The notes beneath the pieces were generated by a model. That model searched no databases and was not told the DNA's origin. It saw only the letters and a list, made by a program, of their open reading frames with translations. A DNA stretch of 58,868 bases, from positions 13,539-72,406 of the forward strand of contig JBELDB010000001.1 of the NCBI GenBank assembly GCA_042094525.1, written 5' to 3'. Position numbers and translations under genes: made by a program. Source of the stretch: Congregibacter sp. (GTDB lineage: Bacteria > Pseudomonadota > Gammaproteobacteria > Pseudomonadales > Halieaceae). Positions 9,190 through 18,827 of the stretch are shown here, piece after piece; positions within the stretch are counted from its first letter, which is position 1, and each line of letters opens with the position of its first letter.

Positions 9190-9780
9190 ATGATGCTGGC
9201 ACTTTGCAGATTACTTTTAATCACCCTGCTTTCAGGTTTACTCGGAGGTTGCGGCTCTATCATGTCCAGTGCGGGGGCCGGCCCGATAGAAGAGGATCCC
9301 GGCGAGCGTACCTTCGGTCAACAGATGACCGACGAGAGCATCGAAACAAAAGCGAAGGTCAATATTCACGCTGCCGATGAAGGTTATGACGATGCGCACC
9401 TGAGCATCGTGTCGTACAACGGATTCGTGCTGATCGCAGGCCAGGTACCCTCAGAGCAACTCAAGCAGTTAGCAACTGACACCGTTCGTGAGATTGAAGA
9501 TGTGCGCAGGATTTACAACGAGCTTGAAGTCGGACCCGAGACGAGTGCGGGGACGCGCACCCATGACACGTGGATTACGACTCAGGTGAAGTCCAAGCTC
9601 ATCGCAAGCTCAGATACCCCAGGCACCAGGGTGAAGGTCGTGACAGAAAATAGTGTTGTGTATCTGATGGGTTTGATGACGGCCGAAGAGGCAGATCGCG
9701 TGGCTCTCGAGGCCGCAGAGGTCACTAGCGCTGAGCGAGTCGTGCAGCTATTCGAGATCGTCGCTGCTCCGGCTATTTGA
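9190..9780 (+). CDS. dolP: Dual BON-domain lipoprotein DolP/YraP
   Basis: Lipobox LGGC, YNGFVLIAGQV, DTWITTQVK, VKVVTENSVVYLMG. Confidence 0.92.
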   Translation: MMLALCRLLLITLLSGLLGGCGSIMSSAGAGPIEEDPGERTFGQQMTDESIETKAKVNIHAADEGYDDAHLSIVSYNGFVLIAGQVPSEQLKQLATDTVREIEDVRRIYNELEVGPETSAGTRTHDTWITTQVKSKLIASSDTPGTRVKVVTENSVVYLMGLMTAEEADRVALEAAEVTSAERVVQLFEIVAAPAI

Positions 9781-10147
9781 CGACCTTCAGACTGGGTCTG
9801 CTCCGGCCCACGGGCGGATCTGGTGGGTCTTCCGGCTCGTCTGAGGAATCGAATACCATCCCCTGCCCATTCTCTCGAGCATAGATACCGAGAATGGCCT
9901 TAATGGGAACAACGATGTCGGTGGCCACACCGCCAAAGCGACCGTTGAATAGAATCAGATCATTGCCCATCTCGAGTCCCACGACAGCACTTGGTGAGAT
10001 GTTCAAGACAATTTGACCATCGGTAACATAAGCCTGAGGGACGTCGACCCCCTCAAAATCGACATCAACCAGTAAGTGTGGCGTGCAGTCGTTGTCCACG
10101 ATCCACTCATAGATCGCACGAATAATATAGGGGCGGCTAGAGTTCAA
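9773..10147 (-). CDS. sspB: ClpXP adaptor SspB
   Basis: RPYIIRAIYEWIVDN, IVLNISP, YARENGQG, C-terminal ClpX-binding LKVVK. Confidence 0.96.
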   Translation of the reverse strand: MNSSRPYIIRAIYEWIVDNDCTPHLLVDVDFEGVDVPQAYVTDGQIVLNISPSAVVGLEMGNDLILFNGRFGGVATDIVVPIKAILGIYARENGQGMVFDSSDEPEDPPDPPVGRSRPSLKVVK

Positions 10148-10163
10148 TCAGGAAAGGACGGCC

Positions 10164-10811
10164 CTAAGGGCGCATCTCTCGCTCTTGCACCGAGAGACTC
10201 TCCTGAAAGGCCTCTCGGTTAAACAAGCGATCCATATAGTCCAGAAGCGGCTTGGATTGTTTACTAGGCCGGATGTCCACACCCAGTGAAGGCAAGCGCC
10301 AGAGGATCGGCGCTACACAACAGTCGACCAAAGAGAACTCCTCGCTCATGAAGAACGGTCTCTCTGCAAAAATAGGCGCCACCGCGACCAAACTTTCTTT
10401 GAGTTCCTTCACGGATTTCTTGACGACGTTGTCACTGCGAGACGACTGTATCGCATCTACCAGAGCGGCCCAGTCTCTTTCGATACGGTAGACGAAGAGA
10501 CGGCTCTCGGCTCGCGCCACCGGATACACCGGTAACAGAGGAGGATGAGGGAAACGCTCGTCCAGATACTCCATCATGACCTTCGATTCATAGAGCACAA
10601 GCTCTCGATCGACCAGAGTAGGCATGGTGTTATAGGGATTGAGATCGCCCAACTCGGCGGGTATCGCTCCCGACTCCGACTCTACAAGCTCAACGGTCAC
10701 GCCCTTTTCGGCCAGCACCAACCTCACACGATGACTGTAGTGACTGATGTTATCGGAAAATAAGGTCATAGAGGATCGTTTTGACACGATCCCGGAGGCA
10801 TCATCTGACAT
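10164..10811 (-). CDS. sspA: Stringent starvation protein A
   Basis: SHRVRLVLAEKG, EYLDERFPHPPLLPVYPV, EFSLVDC. Confidence 0.96.
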   Translation of the reverse strand: MSDDASGIVSKRSSMTLFSDNISHYSHRVRLVLAEKGVTVELVESESGAIPAELGDLNPYNTMPTLVDRELVLYESKVMMEYLDERFPHPPLLPVYPVARAESRLFVYRIERDWAALVDAIQSSRSDNVVKKSVKELKESLVAVAPIFAERPFFMSEEFSLVDCCVAPILWRLPSLGVDIRPSKQSKPLLDYMDRLFNREAFQESLSVQEREMRP

Positions 10812-10852
10812 ACAAGTTCAACTGGCTACAAAGGGCCGGAAGTGTAACATTC

Positions 10853-10878
10853 AAAAAGGGGCAGAGGTTGCCCCTTTT
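10853..10878 (-). terminator. Rho-independent terminator after the cytochrome b/c1 gene
   Basis: AAAAA-GGGGCA-GAGGT-TGCCCC-TTTT; U tract possible on either strand. Confidence 0.8.
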
Positions 10879-10896
10879 CTGCGCAAAACCACAGCC

Positions 10897-12897
10897 TCAG
10901 TGCACGTCCTTCCAATATTCGCGGTTTAACAACCAAGCAAATATGAAGAAAACGACAAGAAACAGGAGCACGTATGTACCGATGCGAAGCCGATCGCTCT
11001 TGTAAGGCTCAGCGGTGTAGGCAAGAAAGTTCACCAGATCGTACATCGCACCATCAAATTGGTCCGCTGACATAGCGCCGGCGGCGGCGACATCCATCGT
11101 CACACACTGCTCCGCTTTCGCTACCGCTAAACCCGACTCATCAGAACAGGTTGCCAAGCCCTGGAGTTCCATCAGGACATGCGGCATACCGACGTTAGGA
11201 TAAACGCGATTGTTCACACCATAGGGGCGGAGCTCATCTTCATAAAAAGCGCGTAAATAGGTGTACAGCCACTCAGGCTGTCGAGCCCTAGAAATCAAGG
11301 TTAGATCCGGCGGCGTCGCTCCAAACCAGACCTTGGCATCGCCTTTATCCATGCTGTTGGACATGAGTGAACCCAGCTTGATCTCAGGATCGAATACCAA
11401 GTTGGCTTTGTACAGGTCTTCTGGGATGCCGAGATCTCGCGCTACGCGGTTGTGCCGGGAATACTGCAGCGAGTGGCAACCCATACAGTAGCTGGCATAC
11501 AACGCCGCGCCGCGCTGCAAAGACGGCTTATCCGAGGGGTCAGCTTCAAACGCATCGCATGGAATGGTGCCGCAATCATAAGCCGATTCAGCACCTACAA
11601 CCTTGAGCGGCAGGAATGTCATGACGGCGATAAAAATCAGCGTCGCCATGCTTTGCCAGACCGACATACCGCCGTTCATCGTGACCCGCTCGGGTTCAGC
11701 TTTGGTACGGTCCATGCGCGACCACCAGGGCATAGCGAGGAAGAAGAAGAAGTAGAAGATCGTGCAAATTTGCGCCAGTACGGTGCGCTCCGGAGTGGGT
11801 GACTTAACACCCAGCACACCGAGAATGATAAAAGACACCACAAACAGCAACAACATCGCCCGATTCAGCATGCCGCGATAGCGCCACGACCTCACAGGGT
11901 TGCGATCTAACCACGGGAGCGCAAAGGGAATTACCACCGACGCTGCGAAGAATATGAAGCCCCAAAATTTATCCGGTACCGCCCTCAGGACAGAGTAGTA
12001 AGGCGTGAAGTACCACACAGGGGCAATATGCTCTGGGGTCTTCAATCCGTTCGCCTCTTCAAAATTGGCAAACTCGAGGAAGAAGCCACCCATCTCTGGC
12101 GCGAAGAACAGCACCGCACAAAAGAAGAACAAGAACACCGCTATGCCCTGTACATCATGCACCGAGTAATAGGGATGGAACTTGATGCCATCAAGAGGCA
12201 CGCCATCAGGGCCCTTATTCTTTTTGATCTCTACGCCATCCGGATTGTTCGACCCCACTTCGTGGAGTGCCAAAATGTGCAGCACAACTAATGCGAGCAG
12301 CACAATGGGCAGCGCCACAACGTGCAGTGCAAAAAATCGGTTTAGTGTGATGCCGGATAGCAAGTAATCGCCGCGTATCCAGGTCACAATATCTTCGCCA
12401 ACCACGGGGATGGCGCCGAACAGCGAAATGATGACCTGTGCGCCCCAGTAGGACATCTGTCCCCAAGGTAGCACGTAGCCCACAAACGCTTCGGCCATCA
12501 GCACGATGAAAATCAGCATGCCAAAGATCCAGATCAGCTCACGAGGCTTCTTATAGGAGCCGTACATGAGTGCGCGCATCATGTGGAGATAAACCACGAT
12601 AAAAAACGCTGAGGCGCCCGTGGAATGCATGTAGCGCAGCAGCCAGCCATAATCCACATCCCGCATGATGTATTCGACCGAGGCAAAAGCCTCTTCCGCT
12701 GACGGCGTGTAACTCATTGTCAGCCAGATACCTGTCAGCAACTGGTTGACCAACACCAACAGCGAGAACACGCCAAAGAAGTACCACAAGTTGAAATTCT
12801 TAGGCGCGTAATACTCGCCCATGTGCGTATCCCAAGCCCGCGTCAGCGGCAGCCGCGCGTCAACCCAGGACATCAGACCGGTCAGTGCTTTTTGCAT
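10897..12897 (-). CDS. Fused cytochrome b / cytochrome c1 of the bc1 complex (PetB-PetC, FbcH-like)
   Basis: Cyt b part: RYMH..YLH, FALH..LH, PWGQMSYWG, PVWY; cyt c1 part: CMGCH, PPDL, GMPH, C-terminal TM and EYWKDVH; one 666-aa frame. Confidence 0.93.
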   Translation of the reverse strand: MQKALTGLMSWVDARLPLTRAWDTHMGEYYAPKNFNLWYFFGVFSLLVLVNQLLTGIWLTMSYTPSAEEAFASVEYIMRDVDYGWLLRYMHSTGASAFFIVVYLHMMRALMYGSYKKPRELIWIFGMLIFIVLMAEAFVGYVLPWGQMSYWGAQVIISLFGAIPVVGEDIVTWIRGDYLLSGITLNRFFALHVVALPIVLLALVVLHILALHEVGSNNPDGVEIKKNKGPDGVPLDGIKFHPYYSVHDVQGIAVFLFFFCAVLFFAPEMGGFFLEFANFEEANGLKTPEHIAPVWYFTPYYSVLRAVPDKFWGFIFFAASVVIPFALPWLDRNPVRSWRYRGMLNRAMLLLFVVSFIILGVLGVKSPTPERTVLAQICTIFYFFFFLAMPWWSRMDRTKAEPERVTMNGGMSVWQSMATLIFIAVMTFLPLKVVGAESAYDCGTIPCDAFEADPSDKPSLQRGAALYASYCMGCHSLQYSRHNRVARDLGIPEDLYKANLVFDPEIKLGSLMSNSMDKGDAKVWFGATPPDLTLISRARQPEWLYTYLRAFYEDELRPYGVNNRVYPNVGMPHVLMELQGLATCSDESGLAVAKAEQCVTMDVAAAGAMSADQFDGAMYDLVNFLAYTAEPYKSDRLRIGTYVLLFLVVFFIFAWLLNREYWKDVH

Positions 12898-13517
12898 CAG
12901 GCTGCCTCCGCGTCAACGCCGATCACAAGCACGCCGCCGCTCTCATAGGAATAAGGGGGTATTTCGAGGTTGGATGATGCCGGCACGCCTTTGTAAACAC
13001 GTCCCGCCAAATCAAATTTTGAACCATGGCAGGGGCAAAAGAACCCGCCCAGCCATTCGTCGCCGCCCATGTCTGCCGCACCGACCTCAGGCCGAAACTT
13101 AGGTGCACAGCCAAGGTGGGTGCAGAGCCCTACCATCACAAGAAATTCATCATCAATAGCCCTTCCATCGCCCGCGATGTACTCAGGCTGAGCCGATGCC
13201 TCAGACTGGGGATCCTTGAGGTCTCCGTTGAGGGAGGCCAAACTCGCCACCTGCTCAGGGGTCCGGCGCAGAACGTAGACCGGCTTACCACGCCACTCAA
13301 TCACCACCATCTGTCCCGGCTCAAGCTTGCTGATATCAGCACGAACAGGCGCACCCGCGGCTTTCGCCTTTTCAGACGGATTCCAAGATCCGAGAAACGG
13401 CACCGCGACACCTGCCACTCCGCCAACGCCGACGGCAGACGTAGCAGCCGTCAAAAAGCGCCGGCGCGTCTGGCCGTCATCTGCCGTTGAATCATGGGCT
13501 TCAGTTGTATCGGTCAT
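12897..13517 (-). CDS. petA: Ubiquinol-cytochrome c reductase Rieske Fe-S subunit
   Basis: Tat motif TRRRFL, CTHLGC and CPCHGS. Confidence 0.97.
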   Translation of the reverse strand: MTDTTEAHDSTADDGQTRRRFLTAATSAVGVGGVAGVAVPFLGSWNPSEKAKAAGAPVRADISKLEPGQMVVIEWRGKPVYVLRRTPEQVASLASLNGDLKDPQSEASAQPEYIAGDGRAIDDEFLVMVGLCTHLGCAPKFRPEVGAADMGGDEWLGGFFCPCHGSKFDLAGRVYKGVPASSNLEIPPYSYESGGVLVIGVDAEAA

Positions 13518-13709
13518 GATAGAGACTCTCCCGGGTTACCGTGCCCCCTGCCAATACTCATCTGCATCCACATGGCGGGATCAGGGTTTGAGTTGGCCTT
13601 GGCGAGCAAGATGAATTCAGCGCGCGAAGTGTAATAGTCGCGCCGGCCACCAGCAAGTTGAAATACGTGAAACGTATGGTGCGAGATCAGCGGGCTGGTG
13701 GATAACACG

Positions 13710-14033
13710 CTATTTGTGCGGAGCATAAGTGTTTACTAGCAACACCCCCCCAACAATCATCACAAGACCGGCAATGGCTCGCCAGTCCAGTGCCTGCTCA
13801 AAAACCAAATATCCGAACAAAGTAATGAGGAAAATGCCCAGTCCGGACCATGTGGCGTATACGACTGCGATAGGCATGGTATTCAGAGCAAAGGTTAGGC
13901 AATAAAAAGACGCCGCGTAACAGCTGATTAAAGACAGGGTCGGAATGAGGCGAGTAAAGTTTTGGCTGACAGGCAATAACATTGTGCCAGACACCTCCAA
14001 CGCTACCGCGACCAACAAATAGACATATTGCAT
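13710..14033 (-). CDS. Small multidrug resistance (SMR) transporter
   Basis: 107 aa, four TM segments, conserved TM1 Glu (LEVSGT), YATWSGLG. Confidence 0.9.
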   Translation of the reverse strand: MQYVYLLVAVALEVSGTMLLPVSQNFTRLIPTLSLISCYAASFYCLTFALNTMPIAVVYATWSGLGIFLITLFGYLVFEQALDWRAIAGLVMIVGGVLLVNTYAPHK

Positions 14034-14130
14034 GGCACCCCTCCTCGCGGCATAGATCTGCCAGTCATAGAACCGCTAGACTGACTCTCATCATAGCGCC
14101 TGCCGTCGCAGGGGCATCGGGTGCCGCAAC

Positions 14131-14156
14131 AAAAAGGCCCGCTTCTGCGGGCCTTT
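14131..14156 (-). terminator. Rho-independent terminator of rplM-rpsI
   Basis: AAAAA-GGCCCGC-TTCT-GCGGGCC-TTT. Confidence 0.88.
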
Positions 14157-14175
14157 CGATTGCCAACTGGCGCAA

Positions 14176-14568
14176 TTAGCGCTTGGAGAACTGCGGGCGA
14201 CGTCGCGCCTTACGCAGACCCACTTTCTTACGCTCCACTTCGCGGGCATCGCGCGTGACGAACCCTGCTGAACGCAACGCGCCCCGCAAGCTCTCGTCGT
14301 ACTCGAGCAATGCGCGGGTCAAACCATGTCGAATGGCACCAGCCTGACCAAAACTTCCGCCACCAGCGACGGTGACATTGGCGTCAAAGGTATCGGCGTG
14401 CTCCGTCAGCTCAAGCGGCTGTCGCACGATCATACGCGCCACCTCTCGACCGAAATACTCATCGATCGAGCGGCCGTTGACAGTGATATTGCCAGTGCCG
14501 GTCCGCAGAAAAACACGCGCAGTCGAAGTCTTGCGCCTACCTGTCCCATAATATTGTGCAGTTGCCAT
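14176..14568 (-). CDS. rpsI: 30S ribosomal protein S9
   Basis: [16 protein letters not shown], ends PQFSKR. Confidence 0.98.
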   Translation of the reverse strand: MATAQYYGTGRRKTSTARVFLRTGTGNITVNGRSIDEYFGREVARMIVRQPLELTEHADTFDANVTVAGGGSFGQAGAIRHGLTRALLEYDESLRGALRSAGFVTRDAREVERKKVGLRKARRRPQFSKR

Positions 14569-14578
14569 CGGGACCTCC

Positions 14579-15007
14579 TCAGATCGTCAGTGGCTGCGGC
14601 TGCTGAGCAGCGTGAGGGTGCGCAGGGCCGGCGTAGACTTTCAGCTTTTTCAGCATCGCCCGACCCAGAGGGCTACGGGGCATCATGCCCTTCACTGCGC
14701 GCTGAATCACCCGCTCTGGAGCCTTTTCAATCACTTGCTCAAAGCTGGCAGAGCGAATTCCGCCGGGAAAGCCAGTGTGGTGGTAATATATTTTGTCGGT
14801 CCGCTTCGCCCCGGTCACGCGGACCTTTTCGCAGTTCACCACAACGACATAGTCACCCATGTCCATATGCGGCGTGTATTCGGCCTTGTGCTTGCCCCTC
14901 AGGCGGTGGGCAATTTCAGTGGCGAGACGACCCAGAGTCAGGTTTTCTGCGTCGACAACCAGCCAGTCGTGATGCACGTCTTCCGCCTTGGCGCTGTATG
15001 TTTTCAT
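14579..15007 (-). CDS. rplM: 50S ribosomal protein L13
   Basis: [36 protein letters not shown]. Confidence 0.98.
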   Translation of the reverse strand: MKTYSAKAEDVHHDWLVVDAENLTLGRLATEIAHRLRGKHKAEYTPHMDMGDYVVVVNCEKVRVTGAKRTDKIYYHHTGFPGGIRSASFEQVIEKAPERVIQRAVKGMMPRSPLGRAMLKKLKVYAGPAHPHAAQQPQPLTI

Positions 15008-15043
15008 GACCAATGCCCCAAGGGCGATCTAAAAGGAGCGCGG

Positions 15044-15072
15044 ATGTTACTGGAGTGCCTGAGGCCTTTCAA
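15044..15072 (-). promoter_or_regulatory. Putative sigma70 promoter of rplM-rpsI
   Basis: TTGAAA-N17-TAACAT followed by GC-rich discriminator CCGCGC. Confidence 0.65.
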
Positions 15073-15094
15073 CCGTTATTTTACCTAGCCGCCA

Positions 15095-16201
15095 TCAGGG
15101 TCTGTGCTCCGCCCGCAGATACTCCTGAGTGCGCATCTCCTGTAGCCGAGAGATGGTCCGATCAAACTCGAAACTCAGTCTGGCACCACCGTACAACTCC
15201 TCGGGAGCCGCTTCTGCTGTGGTAATCAGTTTTACATTGCGATCATAAAATTCATCTACCAGGTTGATAAATCGACGGGCGGCGTCTTCCTGATCACGGC
15301 CCAACAGGGGAATTCTCTCGATCAGGACCGTATGATACTCGCGCGCAATTTCAACGTAATCTGCCGCGCTACGCGCCTCTTCGCACAAAGTGCTGAATGT
15401 GGTCCATGCCACACCGGGAGCATCGGCAATGAGTTGCACCGGCCTCTGATTAATCTCCACCCTGATCGGCTTCCCGGCAGATCGGCCCGCCAGCGAGGAG
15501 AAATAGTCTGCCAGAGCGCTGCCGGCTGCCTCGTCATGGGGGACATGCCACAGATCGGCGCGCTGCAGCGTCCTGAAGCGATAATCCGTTTCTGAGTCCA
15601 ATTGCATTATCGTGAGATGGCGCTCCAGCAATGCAATGGCAGGCACAAAACGTCCTCTCTGCAGCCCGTCCCGATAGAGTTCCTGAGGGGGAATATTTGA
15701 TGTCGCGACCAGCGAGATACCGCGACGAAATAACGCATCAATCAGTCCAGCGAGAATCATGGCGTCGCCAATATCGCTGACGAAGAACTCGTCGAAGCAG
15801 ACTACCAGTGCCTCATCGGCAATGTCCTGCGCTACGGCTTCGAGCGGATTTTTTGCGCCACTGTGACGGGTCAGGCCCGCGTGGACGCGCTGCATAAAGC
15901 GGTGGAAATGCACCCGTAGTTTTCGCTCGAAGGGCAGGCAATCAAAGAAGGTATCGACCAAGTGTGTCTTCCCTCGGCCGACGCCACCCCAAATATAGAG
16001 GCCCCGCTCGGGTTGGCTGGGTCGCCCAAGCCTGCGACGAGTCCTCGCCCAAAATCCTCGCCCGCGTTCTGCTCTGGCCATTAGCCTCGAGGCAAGATCG
16101 TCCAGCTCCGCGATGACGCGGGCCTGCGCAGCATCTTTTAGCAATATTCCGGAATCCACATCACGCTGGTAGCGCTGCAGCGGCGAGACATATTCTGTCA
16201 T
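15095..16201 (-). CDS. zapE: Cell division ATPase ZapE (AFG1 family)
   Basis: GLYIWGGVGRGKT, HFHRFM, CFDEFFVSDIGDAM, RRFINLVDEFYD; start moved to ATG 16201. Confidence 0.95.
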   Translation of the reverse strand: MTEYVSPLQRYQRDVDSGILLKDAAQARVIAELDDLASRLMARAERGRGFWARTRRRLGRPSQPERGLYIWGGVGRGKTHLVDTFFDCLPFERKLRVHFHRFMQRVHAGLTRHSGAKNPLEAVAQDIADEALVVCFDEFFVSDIGDAMILAGLIDALFRRGISLVATSNIPPQELYRDGLQRGRFVPAIALLERHLTIMQLDSETDYRFRTLQRADLWHVPHDEAAGSALADYFSSLAGRSAGKPIRVEINQRPVQLIADAPGVAWTTFSTLCEEARSAADYVEIAREYHTVLIERIPLLGRDQEDAARRFINLVDEFYDRNVKLITTAEAAPEELYGGARLSFEFDRTISRLQEMRTQEYLRAEHRP

Positions 16202-16426
16202 GGAGCTGAAGGGTAAAAAGGCAAATAGCAGAGTCGGACAGAGTAACACGGACTGGCCCTCACACCGCGCTCCACGATCAACAGTCTTCGAACCTGTCGG
16301 CGTCGTTCGGGCCAACCAACAGATTATCGTCGGTTATCTAGGTCCTGTAGAGGACGCCTCCCCCGGCTTGCAGTACAATGCAACCTCGAAAGGCGCAGTG
16401 TGCCGCAGACCGCGAGGCCAGAGAGC

Positions 16427-16876
16427 ATGTACTCAATGTCGAATCTTGTGATTGCACTATTGATCGGTGGCGGCATCGGCGCCGTTACCGGCTGGTATCT
16501 GGCCATGTCGTCGCGTGGTGACAACAAACGCAAAGTCATTATGGATCTCGAGAGCCAGCTCGATCAGGCGAAACAAGCCCGGGTCGACTACGAGGCAGAG
16601 GTGTCGGATCACTTTGCGCAGACCGCTGACTTACTCCACAAACTGACCGACGACTACCGCTCGGTATACGCCCATCTTGCAGACGGCGCGGAGCAACTCT
16701 GCGGTGATCGCGTCAACATCTCGGACACTGCCCTCACTGCACCCTCGGACGCGACCTCGGAGAAGCCTCATTTGGTGGAGGTCGCTCAGCCGCTGGACTA
16801 TGCACCCAAGAAGCCCGACGAGCAGGGTCAGTTGTCAGAGGATTTCGGGCTGGACAAATCCCACTCAGCAGCCTGA
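16427..16876 (+). CDS. zapG: YhcB/ZapG (DUF1043) membrane protein
   Basis: N-terminal TM, HFAQTADLL..LTDDYR..YAHLA, PLDYAPK; divergent from zapE. Confidence 0.88.
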   Translation: MYSMSNLVIALLIGGGIGAVTGWYLAMSSRGDNKRKVIMDLESQLDQAKQARVDYEAEVSDHFAQTADLLHKLTDDYRSVYAHLADGAEQLCGDRVNISDTALTAPSDATSEKPHLVEVAQPLDYAPKKPDEQGQLSEDFGLDKSHSAA

Positions 16877-16881
16877 ACCGG

Positions 16882-17637
16882 TCAGACTGGGTTGTCGATG
16901 TCCACGAATTCGTGGCTACAACCCAAGGTCCGTGACGCCAACTCCCCGACTGCCTGAACACCGTAACGCTCAGTGGCATGATGGCCCGCTGCAATGAAGG
17001 CGATGCCGCGTTCTCTAGCAATATGCACCGTCTGCTCGGATACCTCGCCCGTGACGTAGACATCGGCACCGGCATCAGCGGCCTGATCAATGTATCCTTG
17101 GCCCGCACCGGTGCACCACGCTATCGACTGAACCTGCCCCTCCCCTATCAGCAGCGGTTTGCGATCCAAGACATCCTCTAGACATTCGCCCAGCGTGCGA
17201 ACATCAATAGGATCGGCCAATTGCCCTCTGAATAGGGGGATATCCGGATTATCGGCATCCAGCGGCTCTGGCTGCTCTACACCCATTAAATTTCCAAGCA
17301 AAACGTTATTGCCGCACTCTGGATGACAATCCAATGGCAGGTGATAGGCGAATAGGCTTATATCTGCTTGCATCAAAGCGCGTAGTCGCGTTGCTTTCAT
17401 ACCTGTAATACAGGGGTCTTCTGAGCGCCAAAAGTAGCCATGGTGAACGAGAATAGCGTCGGCTTGTCGCTCTTGAGCGGCGATGAGTAATGCCTCGCTA
17501 GCGGTGACCCCGGTGACTAGATGTTGAATTTCAGCGCGACCCTCGACTTGCAACCCGTTGGGGCAATAGTCCTGAAATTGATCCGGCTTCAAAAGGGTCT
17601 CCAAAAAAGCGTTAAGTTGCTCCCTCGTGCAGGCCAT
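16882..17637 (-). CDS. Nif3-like dinuclear metal centre protein (YbgI family)
   Basis: DYCPNGLQVEG, VHHG, YHLPLD, GHHATE. Confidence 0.93.
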   Translation of the reverse strand: MACTREQLNAFLETLLKPDQFQDYCPNGLQVEGRAEIQHLVTGVTASEALLIAAQERQADAILVHHGYFWRSEDPCITGMKATRLRALMQADISLFAYHLPLDCHPECGNNVLLGNLMGVEQPEPLDADNPDIPLFRGQLADPIDVRTLGECLEDVLDRKPLLIGEGQVQSIAWCTGAGQGYIDQAADAGADVYVTGEVSEQTVHIARERGIAFIAAGHHATERYGVQAVGELASRTLGCSHEFVDIDNPV

Positions 17638-17713
17638 ACTCGTCCCCATCTCCCTGGTGATATAGGGAGAATAACCAGCACACCATGATTTACAATGGCG
17701 GCAGGAGAGGTAT

Positions 17714-18817
17714 GTGAAACAAGACTTAATCGCCCTAGTTTGGCCCGCACTGGTGGGTGTGCTCGCGGCAGCACTCATTTTGGATAACTGGGTGTTGGAG
17801 CGCGAGGAGACGTCATCCGTCTCTCACAAAAGCGGTTATCGCGAGGCCGTAGCCCTCGCGACGCCCTCTGTCGTGAACATCTATACCGCGAAACTCGTTG
17901 ATGCGAGAGCCGACCCGCGTCTGAATTCACCATTGCAGCGACGCCTATATTCCAATCGGGGCAACCGCCAGCGTATCGAGAGATCACTGGGCTCCGGCGT
18001 GATCCTTAGCGCGGATGGACACATCGTCACGAACAACCATGTGATTGCTGACGCTGATGCGATTCAAATTCTATTGGCCGACGGACGCTCAGCCAGCGCC
18101 TCAGTGGTTGGCACTGACCCCGAAACCGACCTCGCCATTCTGCATATTGATTTACCGAACCTCACTCCGATCGTGATGGCAGACGCAGAGGAAATTGCGG
18201 TGGGTGACGTGGTGCTGGCCATCGGCAATCCCTACGGATTCGGTCACTCCGTGTCACAAGGCATCGTATCTGGTGTGGGTCGTTTTGGCTTACAACTGTC
18301 TACCTATGAAGGCTACATCCAGACCGATGCCACGATTCATCTAGGCAGCTCAGGTGGGGCGCTCATCGACAACCAAGGCCGCTTGGTGGGCATCAACACG
18401 CTGATTTATACGGCGGGGGCCGAGCGCGGTGCAGAAACACCAGGAATCGGGATCAACCTGGCTACACCGAGCGCACTGGCCGCCTCTGTTTTGGACGACA
18501 TCGTCAAATATGGCCGCGTTATCCGCGGTTGGCTCGGGGTGAGCGTCGAGGTGCTGCTGAACGAGAGCCTCTCAGGCAGCCCAGTTCAGCAGCTCATTGT
18601 GACCGATCTCGCATCAGACGGGCCTGCTGAGCGGGCGGGGATCCAACTGAACGATATTATTGTTGCGATGGATGGCGAGCCTGTCGTCGATGGCCGTGCC
18701 GCCATGCTACAGATCGCCCAACTCAAACCGGGTCACTTGTTGCGGGTAAACCTCGATCGACAAGGGTCGGCGATCGAGCTGGAAGCAATAGTGGGCACCC
18801 GCAGGAGTAGCGGCTAA
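17714..18817 (+). CDS. degS: HtrA-family serine protease with one PDZ domain (DegS/AlgW-like)
   Basis: TM anchor, LGSGV, TNNHV, TDLA, GSSGG, RGWLG plus PDZ; convergent with hisD. Confidence 0.8.
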   Translation: MKQDLIALVWPALVGVLAAALILDNWVLEREETSSVSHKSGYREAVALATPSVVNIYTAKLVDARADPRLNSPLQRRLYSNRGNRQRIERSLGSGVILSADGHIVTNNHVIADADAIQILLADGRSASASVVGTDPETDLAILHIDLPNLTPIVMADAEEIAVGDVVLAIGNPYGFGHSVSQGIVSGVGRFGLQLSTYEGYIQTDATIHLGSSGGALIDNQGRLVGINTLIYTAGAERGAETPGIGINLATPSALAASVLDDIVKYGRVIRGWLGVSVEVLLNESLSGSPVQQLIVTDLASDGPAERAGIQLNDIIVAMDGEPVVDGRAAMLQIAQLKPGHLLRVNLDRQGSAIELEAIVGTRRSSG

Positions 18818-18827
18818 CGCAAGCTCC

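Noticed and set aside
14034-14130. Possible guanidine riboswitch upstream of the SMR gene
   Set aside because: Only one GACG-loop hairpin, not the tandem ACGR pair of guanidine-II; CTAGCGGTTC only loosely resembles guanidine-I and the 3' stem is missing
14326-15088. 227-aa and 158-aa plus-strand ORFs
   Set aside because: Antisense to rpsI/rplM; no recognisable motifs
16202-16426. 225-bp zapE/zapG gap as a possible sRNA
   Set aside because: No clear stem or terminator; adequately explained by divergent promoters
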